Positions 58,457 through 64,000 of a stretch of 64,000 nt of DNA are shown piece by piece. This stretch comes from Lentisphaeria bacterium (GTDB taxonomy: Bacteria; Verrucomicrobiota; Lentisphaeria; Victivallales; Victivallaceae). Position numbers and translations under genes: made by a program. The DNA lies in contig JALEMG010000026.1 in NCBI GenBank assembly GCA_022768375.1, forward strand, positions 2,259-66,258. The letters are read 5' to 3'. Every line of letters starts with the position of its first letter. The first letter of the stretch is position 1. The notes below the pieces were generated by a model, which did not search any database, had not been told where the DNA came from, and saw only the letters and a program-made list of their open reading frames with translations.

Positions 58457-58533
58457 GGGGCAGTAGCTCAGTTGGCTAGAGCGATACGTTCGCATCGTAT
58501 AGGTCGAGGGTTCGACTCCCTTCTGCTCCACCA
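58457..58533 (+). tRNA. tRNA-Ala (anticodon CGC), CCA encoded
   Basis: Folded by hand. The 7-bp acceptor stem includes the G3:U70 alanine identity pair, the anticodon loop reads TTCGCAT, and the T-arm is GAGGG-TTCGACT-CCCTT. The 3' end is ACCA. Confidence 0.9.
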
Positions 58534-58544
58534 TCGATTTTTAC

Positions 58545-58586
58545 AAGAGGTTTGATGACATTGCCATCAAGCCTCTTTTATTTTTG
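58545..58586 (+). terminator. Rho-independent terminator after tRNA-Ala
   Basis: 13-bp stem AAGAGGTTTGATG / CATCAAGCCTCTT (one G-U pair), 7-nt loop, then TTATTTTT. Confidence 0.6.
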
Positions 58587-58664
58587 CCCTAAACGCCTGC
58601 AACAAGCCCACTTGCGAGCCTTTTCTCCGTTTTCTCTTTGCCCCCAAGAGAATCGACTAAAACG

Positions 58665-58838
58665 CTAAACCGCCCACCGCTTCATCATAAGTGCCGCGTC
58701 TTTCTCGGTCTTTTCTCCGACGAGTAATTTCATGGACTTTATGATTTCGCCAAAACGAACTCGCGGAAATCCAACTTTCTCCGCCGCTGTCGGGAGGCTG
58801 CCGGAGAACCATTTTGAGCAATAAGCAGAGGTCGCCAT
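58665..58838 (-). CDS. possible small ORF (57 aa), unknown function
   Basis: ATG-to-TAG ORF below the track threshold (MATSAYCSKWFSGSLPTAAEKVGFPRV...). I see no recognisable family and no clear RBS, so it is listed only as a possibility. Confidence 0.15.
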   Translation of the reverse strand: MATSAYCSKWFSGSLPTAAEKVGFPRVRFGEIIKSMKLLVGEKTEKDAALMMKRWAV

Positions 58839-58960
58839 ATTACCGAAAGAGTATGAAATGACGCCATCGGTAACTCAAACCGCCGACTTCATCTTCAAAC
58901 GCTATCGGCAAAAAAGAAGGACCGCCGGAGAATCGTCTCCGACGGTCTCTGGACCTATGT

Positions 58961-59344
58961 TTACGCGCGCAGGAGTTCTTTCTCCTGCTCGTCCCAGTCC
59001 ACTGGGATGTTTTCCCGCAGTCGCGCGGAGGTCAGCGTCGCAGGGTAGTCGCCCGTGATGATCCGGTGAACCATCGTCGGCGAGAGCCTCGTCAGGCGGA
59101 GTGTCCGCGACACCCTCGCCAAGTCGATGCCGAGCGCGTCGGACAGCGCTTTCCCGTTGGGGAACCGCCCCTCGTCGATTGCCTTCTGCCATGCGTAGGC
59201 CCGCGCCAGATGGGTCAGCAGCGAGTCTTTCTCGTTCTCGCCGCCGACCGGGACAATCCTCCGCTTGCCCCCGTGGCTCCGCAGCGCAACCGGCAACACG
59301 ACGCGCAGGTTCCCGTTCTCCAGCTCCTCAATCCTGATCTTCAT
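58961..59344 (-). CDS. C-terminal tail region of a large serine recombinase, encoded as a separate ORF
   Basis: The pattern LARAYAWQKAIDEG...VSRTLRLTRLSPTMVHRIITGDYP...PVDWDEQ resembles the C-terminal extension of a recombinase family common in Proteobacteria (my recollection). It overlaps the upstream recombinase ORF by 17 nt in another frame. Its ATG is preceded by AAGGAGG. Confidence 0.45.
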   Translation of the reverse strand: MKIRIEELENGNLRVVLPVALRSHGGKRRIVPVGGENEKDSLLTHLARAYAWQKAIDEGRFPNGKALSDALGIDLARVSRTLRLTRLSPTMVHRIITGDYPATLTSARLRENIPVDWDEQEKELLRA

Positions 59345-60092
59345 TGTACGCCTCCTTGGCGAGGGTCTGCATCCCCGCCGATTTTATTTCCATCACGACC
59401 TCGTTGTCGTAGACCGTCACCGATTCCAGCAGAAGCTCTGCCAGCCGTTGCCGCTCGCCCTGCGTCATCCACTTCGTGGGGGTCTCTCCGAGGGCCTCCG
59501 CTTCCTGACGCGTTGTGAGCCCCGTCATGCCGCAGGTAGCCGCGATCACCTCTGGCGACCGCAGGAGCTTTGCCAGCTGGTCGATCACGTAGCTTTCGAT
59601 GTCTCCTGCCGAGAGGCGGCGGATCGGGCATTCGTGGATGCTCCGCTTCGAGTCTTTTACGCAGACGTAGAAGCAGTATCTTTTGCCCCCCTTGTAGGTG
59701 TAGCTTGGGGTCATCGCTCCGCCGCAGTGTCCGCACCGCAGGATGCCCTTGAGCGGCGCGATGCCGTCCACACCCCTTGCCTTGGATCGTTGCGGCGGCT
59801 TACCCGCCATGTACTGGCGGACAAGGTTCCACAGCTCGTCGTCGATGATGGCTTCGTGCTCTCCATCATAGACTTCCCCTTTGTATTCGACCTTGCCCGC
59901 GTACACCCAGCGCCGGAGCATGGTGATGATCTGCGCCATAGTCCACTTCTTGCCACGCCGCAGGATACCAGCGTCGTTCAGCTCCAGCGCCACCTGCTTG
60001 GGGGACTGGATTTCCGAATATCGCCGGAACACTCTGCGGACCGTATCAGCCTCATCGGGCACGACGACCAGCGGTGACGGAAGCGAAAGCAC
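59328..60092 (-). pseudogene. large serine recombinase lacking the N-terminal resolvase catalytic domain
   Basis: Recombinase domain (VPDEADTVRRVFRRY...WTMAQIITMLRRWVYAGK), zinc ribbon (CGHCGGAM...YVC) and a coiled coil are present. The frame closes 5 codons upstream of the first residue, so no room remains for the Ser catalytic domain. Confidence 0.7.
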
Positions 60093-61036
60093 TCCTCGCG
60101 CGGATCACGGTCGGTCTGCCACTGTATGATGCCGTTGCGGATGTCCTGCCCCCGCAGGTCGCTGCCGTCGTTCGGCAGGATGAAGCCGATCATCTTCTCG
60201 GGCGGGGTGCGGTCGTAGACCACTTTATAATAGTGCGTCGGTACGGTGACCCGATTCGCGCCGATGGTGACCGTCTTGGTCCTCGGCAGAACCGGTCCGG
60301 TGACGATGTAGACGTCCTGTTCCGTGATGGCGAAGTCTCGCACCTGCGCTTCGAGGTCTTTCCAGACGCCGCGGTTGAATTTCGGACGCTGCGGCGACAT
60401 GTTGCTCATGAAGAAGCTGTCGCTCATCGTTCGCATAGAGTAAGCCATGTCGGCGGCGGGGCAAAGGTGTCCTCTGTCATACCCGGAGCGGCGGTAGTCC
60501 GCCAGCGTTGCGCTGCCGGTCGGGATTTCGGGATCTTCCTTGAATTCGTTCCCCCGCTTCGCCGCCTTGGTCAACGCCTGCTGTTTGGTGAGCCGATAGA
60601 TCACCCATGCTGGCTGTTCGTGGTACTCTATATATCCGAGTGCGTATCCGGGGCGGTCGATAATCGTATCCGCTCTGCCCGGAACACCGAGTTTGAGATG
60701 GTCGTACTGCGTTTGTACGGTGATGACCTCCCGCTGAGGTTCTGTCGCACCGGGGACGAGAACCTCGGGCTCCGGGATCGGCACAGGCCGCTTTACGGTC
60801 GGTTCCGGTGGGACTTCGGCGGTTGTTGGGGTGTCGGGAGCTGGCTCTGGCTTGGACGCCCGTGTTTTGCCGGAAACGAAGTCGATCCATTGGTTCACCA
60901 GCTGCCGCGTTGAAGCGGGGTACTTATATGCGCCGTATCCACCGGCAAGGCAGAGGAGCAGCAGGAAGAACAGCAGTTTCAGCCAGAAATGCGAACTGCC
61001 TTTTTTGCGGGATGTGCTTCTTCTACGCTTCGCCAT
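59978..61036 (-). CDS. membrane-anchored DNA/RNA non-specific endonuclease (EndA/NucA family) with a non-native 3' end
   Basis: TM anchor, Pro-rich linker and the DRGHLCPAAD...NMSPQRPKFNRGVW catalytic motifs. Family similarity stops after ...GFILPNDGSD (about 60158). The ORF then reads through 180 nt of unrelated sequence into the recombinase fragment. Confidence 0.7.
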   Translation of the reverse strand: MAKRRRSTSRKKGSSHFWLKLLFFLLLLCLAGGYGAYKYPASTRQLVNQWIDFVSGKTRASKPEPAPDTPTTAEVPPEPTVKRPVPIPEPEVLVPGATEPQREVITVQTQYDHLKLGVPGRADTIIDRPGYALGYIEYHEQPAWVIYRLTKQQALTKAAKRGNEFKEDPEIPTGSATLADYRRSGYDRGHLCPAADMAYSMRTMSDSFFMSNMSPQRPKFNRGVWKDLEAQVRDFAITEQDVYIVTGPVLPRTKTVTIGANRVTVPTHYYKVVYDRTPPEKMIGFILPNDGSDLRGQDIRNGIIQWQTDRDPREECFRFRHRWSSCPMRLIRSAECSGDIRKSSPPSRWRWS

Positions 61037-61194
61037 AATTAACCTTGAGTCAATGCATATGAACAAAAAACACCATAATATACAACGGCACCCAGCAAAA
61101 TCAACCTATCACCGCCGCCACGCGTTGCAGATGTCGGTCGAACAGTTTGATTATTTCGTAACCCGCGACCTTTACCGACTTGGCGATTTGAGGT

Positions 61195-61227
61195 GAAAAA
61201 CAGCCCCTGCGGCATTCTCCGCAGAGG
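61195..61227 (-). terminator. possible minus-strand terminator hairpin
   Basis: CCTCTGCGG-agaatg-CCGCAGGGG followed by CTGTTTTT on the minus strand. I could not identify any gene upstream of it. Confidence 0.3.
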
Positions 61228-61697
61228 CAAAACGACCTGTCCGGGAGTAAAGGTCTGGTTGGATCAGGCTTGCCAGCGCCCCGACCGCCGAGAGAATGAG
61301 TCGGGAGTCTCCGCAAACCGCTCCACCATTAGTAAAAAGTACGGAATCAGGAAGTCAAAGCCTGGTTCCGTTTTTCTTTGTCTTTTACGCCCGCACAATC
61401 AATCACTTGCATAAAACAGAGAACGCCGGGTATGGAAAACTCCCTAATCCTATGCCCACTATTCTCGCCTTTTCTCGGCCGTTTTTCTCTCTCTTTCTCT
61501 GTAGGGTCGGGAACTCGTCCCAAGCTCAAATTACGCTCAAACCGAGCAAAGGACGAGGTTCAAAGGAGTAATGCAAACGCTGTTTAATACCAACTCAGCG
61601 AACTATTCTTGAAACGATGTCCACGAGCTTTTCCTGTTAAAAGTTCGCAGTTTGAAGATCACGTAACTGATATAAAATGCAAAATCAAACCAGGCAA

Positions 61698-61773
61698 CTT
61701 GTCGGGTGAACTTGTGGGGTCAGCTTGTGGGGTCAGCTTGTCCGGTGCTTGTCCGGTTTACTTGTTCGGTTTG
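61698..61773. repeat. six tandem degenerate direct repeats of about 13 bp (CTTGTSSGGTnnn), iteron-like
   Basis: Units start at 61698, 61711, 61724, 61737, 61748 and 61761. Units 2 and 3 are identical (CTTGTGGGGTCAG). The period is not a multiple of 3 and the region is non-coding. Confidence 0.7.
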
Positions 61774-62545
61774 TGAACCAGAGTCGCCGCTGACATATTT
61801 TTCTTGAGCGACATCTTGGGCGACACCTTGAGCGACATTTTCTGTCAAAGCTCTACAATATCCGAAATGGGGATAACTGTTCCGTCGGTCAGAACAATGT
61901 ATGACTTCCGTCAAGTGGGGCTTCATCGGACGGCAGGCCACATCCTCGGTCTTTCAGGAGATGAACTTGCCGACTTGCCGCCCCGTGTGGATCTCTCCGC
62001 TGAACGGAAGATCAAGGAGAAATATGTGGTTGTAGCGGCACAGGCAAGTTCACAGTGCAAATACTGGAACAATCCCTTCGGCTGGCGTGAGGTAGTGGAA
62101 CACCTCAAAAAGCAAGGCTACCGAGTGCTGTGCATCGACCGTGCTGCTGAATATGGTGTTGGCTACACCTGGAATCGGATACCCTTTGGAACGGAGAACT
62201 TCACCGGGGATTTGCCCTTACAGGAAAGGATAAACCTCATCAAAGACGCCGATATGTTCATCGGTTTGAGTTCCGGTCTTTCGTGGCTGGCATGGTGCTG
62301 CCAAGTTCCTGTGGTGCTGATTTCCGGTTTTACTGACCCGGTCAATGAGTTTTATACCCCTTACCGCATCAATAACCCGGTTGCCTGCCATGGTTGCTGG
62401 CATGACGGCAAGGTGGAATTTGACCACTTTGACTTCTTCTGGTGTCCCCGCAAAAACAACATCAACGACAAGTTCGAATGCACCAAAATGATCTCCTCAA
62501 AGCAGGTCATTGGCGTAATCGACTCAATTATTGAAAGGAGTGTAA

Positions 62546-63741
<1,196 letters not shown>

Positions 63742-63757
<16 letters not shown>

Positions 63758-64000
63758 AGGCATTGGTGAGGTCTTTTGCCATAACTGAACGGAAAATTGT
63801 TGTTGTGACCGGTCCGATACTCCCGAAAGAAAAGACTGTTGCCATAGGTGCAAATCGGGTGACCGTGCCGACACACTATTATAAAGTGATTTTTGACCTG
63901 ACACCACCGCAGAAGATGATTGGATTCATCCTGCCCAACGAAGGTAGTGATGAACCGTTGGCGGCTTTTGCAGTAACAGTTGATGCAGTCGAAAAAGCAA
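63742..64000 (+). pseudogene. 5'-truncated second copy of the EndA/NucA-family nuclease (runs off the window)
   Basis: The frame-1 translation NRKDLEALVRSFAITERKIVVVTGPILPKEKTVAIGANRVTVPTHYYKVIFDLTPPQKMIGFILPNEGSDEPLAAFAVTVDAVEKA is collinear with the C-terminal third of the 59978-61036 product. There is no start codon (a TGA sits at 63709) and no DRGH region. Confidence 0.65.

Noticed and set aside
61698-61773. Possible CRISPR array, given the short direct repeats
   Set aside because: The units are only about 13 nt, contiguous with no spacers, degenerate, and there are no cas genes in the window. Iteron-like or regulatory repeats are a better description.

Overview
GC-rich bacterial chromosomal window, densely coded. 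The gene content (prepilin peptidase, paired secretins, sulfatase-family, sialate-esterase and GH106-like genes) suggests a PVC-type organism such as Lentisphaerota, Kiritimatiellota or Verrucomicrobiota. That assignment is inference only. About 1-38.7 kb is housekeeping: aroE, prepilin peptidase, dCMP deaminase, hldC-like, lon, wecA-like, AICARFT-only purH, tmk, holB, frr, gpsA, hisH, nth, corA-like, mcsA/mcsB, coaE, rho, ftsB, coaB, psd and a rhomboid. This block also holds a tandem pair of paralogous secretins. 38.8-47.4 kb is one 2850-aa ORF with an N-terminal metzincin-like HExxH motif, AIDA-like strand-loop-strand segments, FN3-like modules and C-terminal RTX-type GGxGxD repeats. No type I secretion genes lie nearby. 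47.6-58.4 kb holds amino-sugar and rhamnose/glycan genes: nagA, an NTP-transferase plus a NahK-type kinase, rhaA, a sialate O-acetylesterase-like gene, a GH106-like gene and an alpha/beta hydrolase. It also holds a decayed 3' fragment of a second RTX-type gene. A tRNA-Ala(CGC) at 58.46 kb marks the start of a compositionally mixed, partly AT-richer island running to the window end. The island is a patchwork of truncated genes: a serine recombinase lacking its catalytic domain, two inverted partial EndA-like nuclease copies, a heptosyltransferase-like gene overlapping a collagen-repeat phage-fibre-like gene, and an iteron-like 13-bp repeat array. No CRISPR array and no rRNA were seen. Many long ORFs antisense to real genes are high-GC artefacts.
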